Numbered from the whole stretch's first letter, positions 11,674 through 24,859 are shown. The stretch: 61,134 bases of DNA, filler included, from Globobulimina sp. (GCA_003354225.1; 21 parts of 21 records of this genome joined end to end with filler, not necessarily neighbours in it); one strand, 5' to 3'. The notes: generated by a model not told the origin, from the letters alone. Program-made: numbers and translations.

Positions 11674-12536
11674 CAAAACTATTTATTTTATTTAATATTT
11701 TATCATATTTTTTATTGTTTATTTCAAAATTTATTTTGTCATTTTTATCAATCATTTTTTGTACAATTTCAACGTTTTTATTAATTTCATTTTTGGTGTG
11801 ATTGAATTTCTCATTTGTGTCTTTAGCAATTTTCTTAATGTCTTCTTTTCTTTTTTTTCTATTTTTATTGATTCCGCAATCTATCATATTATTACATATT
11901 TGCAATGCCTTTGATATTGATTGTCTTTCTGACCTTAAATCTTTTGCACAATTTGATAATACATCATTTTCTTTCTCTTGTTGTTGCTCAATTTGTTGCA
12001 CTAAAAAGAGTAAACTTTCTTTTTTAACATTCAACGCATTCTTTAGATCTTGAAATGATTTATTTATCTTATTTTTAGTTTGCTCGATTTCTCTGAATTT
12101 TACATCTTTGATTCTTTCTTTTAAATCATTCAATTCCTTTTCGACATCTTTTGCTTTTCTTAGATTTTCCTTCATTTCTTCCATTGCGATTTCCTCGTCT
12201 TCGGCGATGACAACACTGCAAATATAGACACATAACAATAACATATAACATATATAACATGTGCAAGGATATAATTTACCGTTGTTTTGACTGATCATCG
12301 TGGATTTTCTGCATCGCATCACAAACACGAGGAATCATATGAATGTTTGCCAATAATTGTGGATCAACCATTAAGTTTTTAAATTGCTGTGAGGAAAGTT
12401 TTAATGTTTGTGGTGTTGTTGCGTTGTGTTTGATGAATAAATCTTTAATTTCTGTTAAATTATTCGTATGAACCCATGCATCAAAAGTAAAATCGCCTTC
12501 TCCTTCGTTGGCTGTTTCCTCAATGTCATTATTCAT
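11674..12536 (-). CDS. Coiled-coil protein with small N-terminal SAM-like helical domain (intron 12216-12279; 3'-truncated)
   Basis: GT..AG intron joins ORFs 12276-12629 and 11618-12328 in frame. Confidence 0.6.
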
Positions 12537-12600
12537 GATTTCAAGTGACAGAGTCTTAAAGTTTTTTGTAAATAATGAAAGTTTTGTTTTTTTTAGAAGT

Positions 12601-13989
12601 TTATAAAAAGTCATCATCACTCTCATCATTCATCTGTAACAATTTCCTCGCTTCAGACATGATATAAAAACTCCCCACAATGCACACAATTTGTTCTTTC
12701 CTACTATTTTTATTGTTGAATTTGCAACATTCACATAAAGCATTCAACACTGCTTCTCTTACATTGCCATCATCAGTAAACAATATCTTATTTGCCTCAA
12801 AATCCGTATTCGCAACGATAACATGAAACAATTCCGTACTACTTTTCCCCTCAATTCTCTTTCCTTTACTTTTTGCTTGACATAAATGCAAATAATCACA
12901 CACATTTACTGTACTTTTAATAATATCAACAACGCATGTTTTATGTTTACTGATTCCTAATACAAACCTATACGAATATTTATTTGGTGCATATTTTGCT
13001 TTTAATAATTTGAAAAACTCCATAAATCCACATCTATTATGTGCTACATCCATCACAATATCAACACTCTGAGTGCCAAATGCAACATTTTTAACCTCGA
13101 ACCTGCACTTTGGTTTAATATCTAAATAACAATACATATCTGTATATAAACACGGCAATTTATGACATTCCGATAATACTTTCAACGCTAATTTGCATAA
13201 TGCCGTATTTTGTTCATCATAGGTTAGCTCCTTCGCACTTTCATCCAATTTATATAATATTGCCTGCTTTTCCTTTGCTGTTTGCTGTGCAATGACAAAA
13301 GGCACTGTTGCTCCAATGATGACCGGTCTGTTTTTCTTAATAATGCCACATTTATCCCTTGCTATTTGCTGTATGGTATTGCCTAATAAGCGAATATGAT
13401 CCAAACTGATTGAAACAATAATTGATAACAAAGGTTGTTGAATAACATTGGTCGAATCATAAGTTCCTCCGACACCAACCTCAATCAATGCAAAATCAAC
13501 ACATTTCTGCTTAAAATAAAGAAAAGCGACGGCATTTAGTAATTCAAAGTATGTTAATTCAAGATTTGATTCGTTTTCTAGTGTATATACATGTTGTAAT
13601 ACAGTCGCAAAATCATATTCATTGATTTTAATACCGTTTATTTGTATTCTTTCCCTTACGCATGAAATGTGTGGCGATGTGTATAAACCAACACTAAAAC
13701 CAATCTGTGTCAATGCATTTGCTAATTTCGTGCTTACTGAACCTTTACCATTTGTTCCAGCAACATGAATACATTGGTAATGTGTATATGGATAATCCAT
13801 TTTATTGCTAAATTGTGTGAATACGTTGACACTCGGCGCTCCTCGATTGTGATACAATAAGCGTGTTTTCCCGGATCTATCAAATAATTTTCTGACTGTT
13901 TCTTTATACAATGGAAAGTGTTTTTTGCTTCTTTTGCAAAATACAGTTAATAACTCGTCCAGCAGATGGATTGTAATGGAGTGCATCAT
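12601..13989 (-). CDS. folC: Dihydrofolate synthase / folylpolyglutamate synthase
   Basis: IHVAGTNGKGS, GLYTSPHI..RERI, EVGVGGTYDSTNV, ISLDH..LG, DVAHN, GSFY motifs. Confidence 0.95.
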   Translation of the reverse strand: MMHSITIHLLDELLTVFCKRSKKHFPLYKETVRKLFDRSGKTRLLYHNRGAPSVNVFTQFSNKMDYPYTHYQCIHVAGTNGKGSVSTKLANALTQIGFSVGLYTSPHISCVRERIQINGIKINEYDFATVLQHVYTLENESNLELTYFELLNAVAFLYFKQKCVDFALIEVGVGGTYDSTNVIQQPLLSIIVSISLDHIRLLGNTIQQIARDKCGIIKKNRPVIIGATVPFVIAQQTAKEKQAILYKLDESAKELTYDEQNTALCKLALKVLSECHKLPCLYTDMYCYLDIKPKCRFEVKNVAFGTQSVDIVMDVAHNRCGFMEFFKLLKAKYAPNKYSYRFVLGISKHKTCVVDIIKSTVNVCDYLHLCQAKSKGKRIEGKSSTELFHVIVANTDFEANKILFTDDGNVREAVLNALCECCKFNNKNSRKEQIVCIVGSFYIMSEARKLLQMNDESDDDFL

Positions 13990-14068
13990 CTAATCATGTT
14001 TTACAGGTTTTTTACGCAAAAAATACAGTTTGTTTTTTCCATCTGTGACTAGTACAACTCGAGTTATC

Positions 14069-14296
14069 ATGGGAAATACAGTAAGTAAGTGCAAACATGT
14101 AGAAACTATGGGTGATAATCAAGAAAAGCGATGTGAATCACCGCAACATCCATGCCCTGGTAAGAAAAGATGGACACTACATTCAGATGATGACTCTCCA
14201 ACAGGTGCACCATGTTTAAAGAAATATTGTGAGACTTGTAAAGGGAACGGTTTATATATCAAATTTCTTAAATGTGGTTATTGTGCTCAACATTGA
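14069..14296 (+). CDS. Small Cys-rich protein with an N-myristoylation-type start (MGNTVSKC)
   Basis: 75-aa ORF with several Cys pairs (CETC, CGYC). Confidence 0.5.
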   Translation: MGNTVSKCKHVETMGDNQEKRCESPQHPCPGKKRWTLHSDDDSPTGAPCLKKYCETCKGNGLYIKFLKCGYCAQH

Positions 14297-14591
14297 CATT
14301 GTACGGAAAGTAAGCAAGATGATCGTGATTCGTTTTCTGTTTATGATTATTTATATCACACAAGTCATAAATATTTTTTGTTACATAGAAAATATATTAT
14401 CAATTAATCAAAAACAAACAGAGATTGATCAGTTAAAACAAAATAGGTTAGCAATGACTGAAAGTAAACAGCAAAGTCAAGAAAAAAAAAANNNNNNNNN
14501 NNNNNNNNNNNNNNNNNNNNNNNNNNNNNNNNNNNTTAATTAATTAANNNNNNNNNNNNNNNNNNNNNNNNNNNNNNNNNNNNNNNNNNNN

Positions 14592-15202
14592 TCATTAATA
14601 ACATCGCAGCGCCGCGCAAAGGCAAAAAATTATTGGTGTTAGATATTGATTATACAATTTTTGATATGGGCTCCAAGACAGAATCATGGAATACTTTGAA
14701 GCGGCCATACACTGAGTATTTGATGCAACATTGTTATGAATATTATGACATTGTGGTATGGTCACAAACTTCGTGGCGATGGATTGAGATCAAATTGACT
14801 GAGATGAATATGTTAACCAATGAGAAGTATAAAATTACATTTGTTTTGGATAAGAAATGTATGTTTACCATCACCTCAAATTTTAAAAATGGTGAAAAAA
14901 AGCATTATGTTAAACCGTTGGAATTAATTTGGAGCAAATTTAAAGGACAATATGATGCGGCAAATACCATTCATATCGATGACTTGTCGAGGAATTTTGC
15001 CTTAAATACGCAACAAGGTTTAACCATAAAACCATACAAAAATGCGTATATTAATAAACATACTGATACGGAATTATTGCATTTAACGCATTATTTAGTG
15101 TTGATTGCGAAATTGAAGTCATTTAAATCTCTGAATCATAATAAATGGAAGGACTATTTGGAAAAATATGGGAATGAGTTTGCAAATCAGACAAAACAAT
15201 GA
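14592..15202 (+). CDS. UBLCP1: Ubiquitin-like domain-containing CTD phosphatase 1, HAD domain (5'-truncated)
   Basis: PRKGKKLLVLDIDYT, KRPY, YDIVVWSQTSWRWIEIK, VKPL.LIW, DDLSRNFALN motifs. Confidence 0.92.
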
Positions 15203-15304
15203 CATTCTTGCTAAAAGATTTTAAAAAAAAACTTGTGGAGATTGAGTTTAATTTACAAGTGTATGATAGCTATAACTGTCAATTGATTTTACTTTTTTTG
15301 TATT

Positions 15305-16072
15305 TTATAATATAATGTTCCAGTTTATATATTGCAGATTTAAGTGTGATTTGGAATGTTGCATCGCTATTAATGTTGCCAACGCAACATGTAATTGGAA
15401 AATTGCTAAACCTGAAAATATGTGCCATCCAAATGCATGTAAATACAAATAGTAAAATGTATTGCAATAAAAAAAATCCAATAACCAACAGAAAAATGCA
15501 AAGAATATTAATTTTAATCCCCGAATTAATAAATTAATACCAAATGATGTGTTGTGGCCACCAGTTAACGTCATATATTTTGTGTAAAGTGTATAAACGA
15601 TCACAATATCGACACAAACATGTAATGGATGATATAATGCCCAACCAATTTGTGGATATTTATCCATTTGCCAATATAATGCCGTCTCAAATATACCAAA
15701 TGGTACATATAAATATGCAATCCATGTGTGAGTTGATTCGTTGTTTTGAAAAACAACAGCAAGTAATGTTATTTCCCAATATAATATGGATAATTCATCA
15801 GTGGCTTGACCCCATCTTGTGACTGTTCCATGATACAACATTGATCCAATTCCAATACAACATAATGATACACCGCAAAATCGTAATCTATAATACATAG
15901 CATTGTTAAATTCAAATATCGTCCATAATCCAATGATTATATAAATTATATTTGACACTGTATTCCAAAATTCAGCAATGTACAATGTGAATGCATAATT
16001 TTCTTCACACCAATCGTTTAAAGCATCCATTAACCAACGAAGTTGAGTGTTTTTTTGTAATATTTTATGCAT
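15305..16072 (-). CDS. Alkaline ceramidase (CREST family)
   Basis: DWCEENY..IAEFWNTVSN, GSMLYHGT, QATDELSI, HAFGWHIF motifs; start may be MDALNDWCE. Confidence 0.92.
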   Translation of the reverse strand: MHKILQKNTQLRWLMDALNDWCEENYAFTLYIAEFWNTVSNIIYIIIGLWTIFEFNNAMYYRLRFCGVSLCCIGIGSMLYHGTVTRWGQATDELSILYWEITLLAVVFQNNESTHTWIAYLYVPFGIFETALYWQMDKYPQIGWALYHPLHVCVDIVIVYTLYTKYMTLTGGHNTSFGINLLIRGLKLIFFAFFCWLLDFFYCNTFYYLYLHAFGWHIFSGLAIFQLHVALATLIAMQHSKSHLNLQYINWNIIL

Positions 16073-16080
16073 GATTGAAC

Positions 16081-17178
16081 ATGCAGCAATCTCGGAAAAG
16101 AATTAGAGTTTATGCTGTATGCGAATCATGCGATACTGATACAAGTTATTCCATGGTACATCATGTTCTATTTAGTGATACATATTTTGGTGTAATCTTA
16201 GAGTTTTTAAGTTCATTAGAATTTATCAAAACGATCTGTTTATTGACAAGATATCATTACAATTTTATAAAGAAAGAAAAGAATAATTATCAAATTATAT
16301 TACGAGTGTTATCGCGCGAATTTTTTGAGTTGAAAAACCATCCCTTTTCATGTAGCTCATCACAAAATGTCTATGCAATGATTTGTTTATTGTATAATTT
16401 CTGGCGAGATTTTGATTATTTATCGTCAAAATGTGATTATTTAAGAAAAGAAAATGAAAAAGATATTTTACGATTTCTTTGTCAACCATTTTTAAGTCGG
16501 TGGTGCGTTTTAGATAAAACCTTTAATTTATTTTCAGCCAAATATTGGATTACAGCCTTATCAAATTCATTAAAAATACCAATTAAATATTTATGCTTTG
16601 ATATTTCAAGCCGAACGGTTATTGATCTCCGAAATTATGGTATATTTAATAAAAACAACATGCATATTACAACGGCTATATTTCAACATCATGTGTCTCG
16701 TAATAATGCATCACCAAATATTAAAAATTATGAATTTTTTTTGCAATGGTCAATGGAACATGGATATAAACCAAATATTAATGATTTTAAACCATTGTTA
16801 TCCACAACAATGCTTTATTTAAGACACAGTAATAAATATGTTATGTTTTCATGGATAATGCATTGTTGCTGCAAATGTTTTGAATCGGTGCCGGTATACA
16901 ATTATCATTCCGATAGAGCCGATGTTCAATTTTTTACTTTTTTATGTTTTATCCTTAAACAAATCGATACGTTTTATGCTAATATGTCGTATAAAATGTA
17001 TGAGATTGAATTAAAACAATTTATTCTATATTTTGATGAGTACGATATAAGAAATAGAATGAGGAAATTGTCGAAATATTTCCATATTCAACAACTAAGA
17101 CAATGTGTCATTCAAATGTTGGATTTAACCAATAATTCAATTCAATTTATGAAAAGTATTGGAATTTATAATGAATAA
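16081..17178 (+). CDS. Hypothetical protein with possible F-box-like N-terminus
   Basis: Long ORF; SDTYFGVILEFLSSLEFIKTICLL resembles an F-box. Confidence 0.55.
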   Translation: MQQSRKRIRVYAVCESCDTDTSYSMVHHVLFSDTYFGVILEFLSSLEFIKTICLLTRYHYNFIKKEKNNYQIILRVLSREFFELKNHPFSCSSSQNVYAMICLLYNFWRDFDYLSSKCDYLRKENEKDILRFLCQPFLSRWCVLDKTFNLFSAKYWITALSNSLKIPIKYLCFDISSRTVIDLRNYGIFNKNNMHITTAIFQHHVSRNNASPNIKNYEFFLQWSMEHGYKPNINDFKPLLSTTMLYLRHSNKYVMFSWIMHCCCKCFESVPVYNYHSDRADVQFFTFLCFILKQIDTFYANMSYKMYEIELKQFILYFDEYDIRNRMRKLSKYFHIQQLRQCVIQMLDLTNNSIQFMKSIGIYNE

Positions 17179-17705
17179 AACGTGATAATGCCTGACTATG
17201 TACATAGAAAACTATAATCATCTGAACTGTATATAATTATTTAAATTATACTTTACTTGAAAGGTTTTCACAGCTTTACACTCTAAAAACAATAAAACAG
17301 CATTCAGTTTTATAGGCGTTTTTATAGAATTGAAATTATTACCCAATCTTCTTTATGATTATAACCTTGCTTTGCTTTAAAATCAATTTGTATCTTTGCT
17401 TTATTCCATNNNNNNNNNNNNNNNNNNNNNNNNNNNNNNNNNNNNNNNNNNNNTTAATTAATTAANNNNNNNNNNNNNNNNNNNNNNNNNNNNNNNNNNN
17501 NNNNNNNNNAAAAAGTCAATTGTTTTTAAAATTACAGTTTGAATTCAAAACATTTCGTTTTTGAAACACTGCCTGTTTATAGCCTATGGGCGTATAAATG
17601 TAATATTCTATACATCACGAATTTAAATCAAAAATTTCCAAAAGGCAATATTCTAAACACATCCTATTCTAAAGTATTGCAAGTTTTCTAGTCGTCATTC
17701 TAACC

Positions 17706-20326
17706 ATGGGTGAAACCTTTGGTTGTACATGTTGCTGTGTTGCTGATGATGAACCTGAAGGACTACGCGATCGTAATATGGAATCACCACATGTCCAGCA
17801 AAAATCTGTAGAGAGCGGATATTTTGCACTTGATTTGGAAGATACAACATATTCTGGAGAATACGAAGAATCAATCACTAAAAAACCAGAGCCAATTACT
17901 AATAATACAGATGAATATAAAAATGTAGATTCGATTTCAATCACTAATGAGGAAAAGAATAAAAACAATCATAATAATAATAATAATAATCAGAATGAGA
18001 ATGAGAATGAAGATGATATAAATCAACAAAAATATGACGAAACCATAACAAGTACAGAATACGATCATGTTCTAAACACAGAAAAAACTCAAACTCAAAA
18101 ACAGAAACATGACGAAAATGAAGGTGTAGGAAAAGAAGAAATGAATGAATATACTCCGGACATTATTAATAATCAAAATATACAAATACAAAATAATATA
18201 AATCAAACTATAAGTGATAGTGATGATGATTTCGAGGCAGCATTGGCAAAATTAGGCAATATCCAACATTACGAAAAACAAGAAATAGCTCAATATGAGC
18301 CAATACACGCACAAAATCAATATAATCCAGACCTCCATGCCAATGTACACAGCAACACAGGAAATGAAACCAACAAAAACGAAAACAAACAAACGCAAAT
18401 TACCGAAAACCATATGCAGACTGACAACGATGATACAGATATCGACGCTGAATTAGCCAAATTGGACAATATAAAAAATTACGATATCCATACCAATAAA
18501 CCAAAAAATGAAAAAAAAAGTACTGTTGTCGACAATGATGATATTATTCAACACTACGAAGCACAGCAAACAGCAGAACCAAATCAGGACACAACCAAAA
18601 AAGACGAAAACACGCAATTTCAATTAGCAATCATTGACACTGACACTTCAACAGACGGTGACATCGATGCTGAATTGGCCAAATTGGACAATATAAAGCA
18701 TTACAACAGAGAGCCAGTTCCAGCACAAAAGGAAAATGATCCAATTACAGCTGAAGCAAAAAGCTGCTCCGACGATGAGGATTCGTTGGAAGCTGAATTA
18801 GCGAAATTAGACACTATACAACATTATCATCCACCGATTGAAATTAATTTAGCTGCAGACACCGGTGTCGGCACCGACGATGGTTATGATACCACAGAGA
18901 AACACAGCGATGACTCGTCCATTTACTCCATTACCGGCAGTGACAATGAGTGCGATCTTATTGATGAAAAACAGCAAACCATATTTATCAAAGTGCCATC
19001 GAGCAACAATAACATCGTAGACAGCAATAAAGAGAAACAGCTCCAGCAACAACAGGAGATACACAGTCGCAGTCGCCTATTGTTACAAAAATATAAATCT
19101 CAAAAGGAGATGTTGGACGATGAGAGTATTGAAAGTTTGTTGCAATTCAAACTATCGCAGCATGCATTTGCTGTGTTAGGCGAGCAAAAGTTGTATGATT
19201 TACCCACAGAAAAAGAGGCTCTGTTCCACTTAGAACGGGATTTGAGGAAAATTAAGTTATGTTTGAAGGACTTCAGAATGTCTGAACAGCGCAAATATGC
19301 TAAAATCGCCGTATTGAAACATGTCGATTTATTGACTGCAGTGTATAAGAAATATTGTAAGATTGGCGGCGATCGCTATTGGTTGACTTATGATGGATGG
19401 ATCAGCTTATTACGCGATTGCAATTTGATTAAAATGGGCGACGACAATGACAAATATTACTCTGTTTTCCGTCAAACTTATTCTTTCCATTCCAGTCATC
19501 AGCAACGCAAAAATAAAAAAAAAGGGCGACATTCTACTCAATTAAGGTAATATATACTTTCTTTTTTGCATTACTATGGTTTTTATGATGTTAACTGACT
19601 GTCAGCGGGTTATATGGCGGACAGTCGTTCCATGACAAGGACCCTTGGACCGGTATCTGGTGCAAAGAGAAGGACAGACAGAGAATACACAGAATGGAGA
19701 AGAAGCAGCGGGAAAAGGAAGAGCGTGAACGCGAAATGAACAAAAATAAAAAGTTTAAGAAGAAAACGAAAAGAGTGAGCATTAAGGAAAAGTCGCAGGG
19801 CTATTATGATCGGTATAAGTTGCGCAAGATTGGCGATTACCGGGTGGTGGGCTGCATGAATGATATCAGCTATGCGGACATTGGAGGCACTTTCAATAAA
19901 AGTAATTACAAAAAGGCGAAGTTGCAGATCCGGTTTAAAAAGCGCAAGATCCAGGTTTATGGGCAAAAACGTATCTGGAATTGCGAGCTATTTCCGCCCA
20001 AATCGCTCGTGGATAATATCATTATGAAAGTGAAATGGAATGAAATCAATCAGAAATCGTCGAGGAACAAAGATGGTATGTGTTGAGGTGGCATTTTATG
20101 TGGCTTCTACACGCATATTTTGACAAAACATGTACAAACACGCATGTTTTGCATTGTTTGAGTGGTTTAGTTTTGATATGAAAATATATTTTGACATTAC
20201 AGGTACTTTTAAATTATACAAACACGACGAATTGAAGGACGATGACGACGATATCGGCATTTCTCAATATGTTGGCTTAGCGCGATATGAATTTTTCGAT
20301 GCCATGTTGGAGCTATCCACATTACT
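17706..20326 (+). CDS. Large multi-exon protein: lipidation-type N-terminus, acidic repeat region, EF-hand-like C-terminal part (3'-truncated)
   Basis: 614-aa ORF followed by GT-AG-bounded exons (about 19606-20074 and 20203-end); MGETFGCTCCC start. Confidence 0.65.
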
Positions 20327-20426
20327 NNNNNNNNNNNNNNNNNNNNNNNNNNNNNNNNNNNNNNNNNNNNTTAATTAATTAANNNNNNNNNNNNNNNNNN
20401 NNNNNNNNNNNNNNNNNNNNNNNNNN

Positions 20427-22142
20427 GGCGCCGTCCGTGAGCACCAGCTTTGCGCCGAAGGCGCGCATGGTCACACGACGCTCCGGACTCATGGTATCTG
20501 GCATCACGATCACGCACTCATAGCCCTTCACTGCGGCGATGAAGCCCAACTGATACTCGCCGACGTACGAGTTGTCCAGGAAACCGGTGGCGTATTCTGC
20601 TTCTTGTTCGGGTAAAGGAAACCAATTATAACTGTCGTAATCGTTGGCATTGTCATCGCCATCCAACGGCGGATTGGGCTCGAATTCGATATCGCAATCT
20701 AACACATACGTGCCCGACATGGTGATCCTATAAGTTCCGTATTTAAAATCCTCGCTACACAGATGCACAACATTGGTATTGACAGTCGGTTCTGGTGCAC
20801 TGTCGTCCGCTGCTTCGACCACAGCAACTTCATAATCAAACTGTGTGTAATATTTCTGCATTTTATTGCGCGTGGATTGCGTTTGCAGGTTCTCGCGGTA
20901 ACAGACGCAATATTTGCCAGTCAAACCGAGCGAGGGTTTGCTGTTATCGCTCATTCCCGTACAGTCATCGTGGTGAGTATAGACTTTCTGGTCTGCCGTG
21001 TTGGCCATATGCGTGCATGTCCCACTCATATACTCAAGATAGTCATTGCCGCCGTGCCGATTCACACAAGAGTAACATGCTCCATTTAAGTCCATATCGC
21101 AGTCGCCTTTGGTGCCCCAGGCGCACAGATAATAATTGCCAGTCATATGGTAGACCTCATTGTGGATATCATCTTGCAATGTATCGCAGACACTGCAGTC
21201 GGGCGACAGCGTGAATTCTGTGTTGGTGTTGGCAGGGTCTAACCACTGGCGCCATGTCGCAAAGTCGTCAAAGGAGGGACCTGCGACGTTGTCCGTGTAT
21301 TCCAACCACGAGGTAAAGTATGCAGAAACACTTGGATCTAATTGCGGGTTCAGGATAATCCAACCATTGAAACAATTGACATGGATGATTTTCGCTGTGT
21401 CTTCCGACGGCATTATGAAGTTTGAGCCATCGGATAAGCCGAAACATGAGGAAGCTACGCCGATATGGTCCGCGTCCTCTTCGTCTGTGGCGAAGATTAT
21501 GTTTGCGGACTGCGATTGGTAGGATAATGTGGCGGCTTTTGAAGGTTTGACTGGCGGCAATTCGTGGAATAATACCTTTGTTGTTAATTATTATGGTGGT
21601 ATTATGTCAGCGTCATAGTTTTAATTTATATGCATATAAAATAAAAATACAAAAGTGCGAGGATTTATATTTTATACATATTTTATAACTGAACTGTGAA
21701 CGTTTGTGAGCTGACGGGTTTATAACATGGACATTGTGTTTGGTCTAAATGGATGGAAGCAATCCATAGATTATCTGCATCGATCACGATGTTGTTGGAG
21801 GAGAGACAGGCTTTGCAGTCGTGGGCGACACCAAATTGTGTGGTTTGCGCTAATTGCAGCGATTTAAAATATTTTAGGTAGCTATTTAAATTGAGCGCGG
21901 CTGTAAGCATTGTATATCCATTACTGCATATTACTGGGATTACTGGTGAAACCTCTGTTGATTTGATGTATCGCAATCCATCATCCAATTCGTTGCATGC
22001 GGAGTGGACTACAATTTTAATTTTGTTACATTAATGCACAAACAACAAATAATGCATTTTAACTTTCTATTTGAGATTGAGCAGATTGAGCAAAAAATAT
22101 GAATAAAATTGATAAGGTTATGATGCATCCACTATGACGCAT
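20427..22142 (-). CDS. Secreted multi-exon Cys-rich protein with repeated modules; 3' end runs into a cysteine-synthase-like fragment
   Basis: Signal peptide [23 protein letters not shown]; repeated module (DG..YI.......I.V.C.NG...L); [25 protein letters not shown]. Confidence 0.6.
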
Positions 22143-22445
22143 CTTTTTAGTGTTAACTCTTTTTCAGCCGGCTTGATTTGTATAATGCAAACTCACTTCA
22201 GTTACAGAGATGAGCAAGAACTTTCGGTAAAACTGCAAATTATATATGACAAAATAATGCAAAAAGAGAAATCAATACAAGGAAAACCATGATCAAAATA
22301 TATTAAAATAAAAACAAAAAGTCATTCTCATCATTCCTCAAAAATACCCACGCCATTTATTGCCCAATATTAGCGACGAAGCATTAATAGATATTGGATT
22401 ATGATGACGTGCTTGACGTAGTATACAAGTTAATATCTATTGAAA

Positions 22446-23243
22446 GCCATGGCATCCGTTGCAAAGGCATCCGTTGCAAAGAGTAGTCCTAACTCTAGTT
22501 TCATATATTCAGCTGCCAAGAATAATAGTTTTTGCCGCTCGATCGCAGAAAACGAAACAAGTGAAAAAAGTTTTTGCTTTCCCTTTTCTGATCCCGACAA
22601 TGAGGAAAGCAGTGATTCACACATCGACTCAAACCATTCCAACCATTCAAACCATTCGAATTCCAACCATTCAACCAACAAAAAAGCAGCAGTTTCAAAC
22701 GAATCAAGCCATAGCAACTCAAAAAAGGAAAATGACGAAGGCAAAATGCATTTAACCAGTCTAGGTTTTGGTAATCATCGCGGTAACTTTACCTTATCGC
22801 CCATTCACAAAATGAATACATCCGCAATTGGCACAAACTGTTTTACCAGGAAGGCGATGCCGGCATTTGATGATATCAGACACGATTTAGGTTTAAGTAA
22901 CGCTACGATAAACAATACATTCTGCATAAATAACAACAATAACAACTCAATACTACAGAATAACAGTTCCATACTACAGAATAACAAGAGCGCGTTTAAT
23001 ATCACAGATATGTCCATGTCTGGCAATGTATTTAATAGAGAATATAATGCCGATTCATTCTGTGCCGACATGTCATTATTCTCCCAATCAGCGCAACAGC
23101 CGCAACCGGCCCAGCCCAGATTACAGAGAATGAAAACTCTCGTTTATAACCGCAAAGCGTCCACGCCTTATATGGATATCATGAAACAGAAAGATTGGGA
23201 CATATATCCAATGGCGGATGAGCAGCATCATTTGGCTGTATTT
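22446..23243 (+). CDS. Ser/Asn-rich hypothetical protein (partial)
   Basis: Long low-complexity ORF running into the contig end. Confidence 0.45.
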
Positions 23244-23343
23244 NNNNNNNNNNNNNNNNNNNNNNNNNNNNNNNNNNNNNNNNNNNNTTAATTAATTAAN
23301 NNNNNNNNNNNNNNNNNNNNNNNNNNNNNNNNNNNNNNNNNNN

Positions 23344-24035
23344 ATACTAATCCAGACTCTGCGATGTTGTAGAAACTGCCATGTATTGTTACCAAAGATA
23401 TGAAAGATAACATCAGGCATCAAATCGCCAATGATTATTAAATATGAAGCTTGAACTCCGTTACATGATAATGTGATGCTTAAATCTGATATTAATTGCA
23501 ATTTAGGAAAGGTTGCCTTGGATAACGTATAATATGATGACGATAAGGAGTTTGTAGAATGGTTAAACATAATTGCTGCACAGGATTGCAATTGAAATGT
23601 AAACTGCGACACAATGGCACAGACTACCAATAAAATCACAGCAGTCAACCATCCAACATGTGCGGCTGCAAAGGGTAGACTTAACATTGCTGCGCCAATA
23701 ATAGAGTTGCAAAGGTTTATGATCGATGATAATATGCTTGCTTTAGCAGCCCACTCGAATAATAATGGCGATGATTGCATTGTGTCTGCACTGTCAATAG
23801 ACATTGCCGATAATGTACTGCTTGGAAAATCTGTCTTCGCACAGCTGCTACTCACATCTGATTCATTTCTTTCATGACGGTTGCTGTGTGGCGTCGATGT
23901 CGGTGGCGTTAACGTTGCCATATTGTTTGAACCTAAATGAATATAGTTTTGGTATTCCGATTTTCTGACTCCATTGGCTATTGAGCTACCAGTTTCCATC
24001 AGGCACCAGTTTCTATCGACCAACTGAACGCACAC
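23344..24035 (-). CDS. Amino acid transporter, AAAP/SLC38/AVT family (3'-truncated)
   Basis: SSIINLCNSIIGAAMLSLPFA and SYLIIIGDLMP motifs. Confidence 0.9.
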
Positions 24036-24859
24036 GTGCTCACAAAATGCAATCTGTCATCATTTAAGTTTGAATTAAAACTGTTCAGCTCAGCATTTGA
24101 TGAAACAGTATCATGCCTCCTTTCGACGTCGACAAAACCTGATTAACTGATTGCAACACAAGCTCTTATTTACTATCTTCGACTGCCTATTAAAGCAATG
24201 TCATTTAATGCGGTGTTCGTGACTATTACAAATGAAATAATTTATTACCATCAGAACGATAAAATGTTATCACTAATATCTAACCATCAATTACAAGACA
24301 CATTAAATATTGAGTCTACAATAAAAACATTATCAACATCAAAGGAAAAATATTTGATTCATCCAAATGCCCTGATATTGCAAAGTATGTTGGAAACCAA
24401 CCACGAATATCACAATTGCAACAACAATGTCACTACAAATATTGAAATGGATCTAACCGACGTATCATTCAATGATCATGATGAAAAAGAAGAAATTCAC
24501 TGGGTTTTCCATTGTCAAATGAGAATGAACATTACCATTGGCATCATTGTCAAACATTGTTCAGTTAAGAATTCTTTCTTACTTTAGTTACTTATAAGAA
24601 TCACATATTTTTATTATTTTGCAGCAGCGTGCAATCTACACCCAAATAGAAACATTTTTCAATTCAATGCACATTTCAATTCAAAAGTACTTGATGGAAT
24701 CACCTGAATTGCCATTGTATATATTGCGTCTCCGCTGTCATGTATTCACAGAAAAATTATTGTTTTTTTCCAATAATCCATCAGTTTTGCTATATTTAAT
24801 ATATATATTTGCATATCATACAACTAAGCAACAATTATATATTACTAAATACTAACTAG

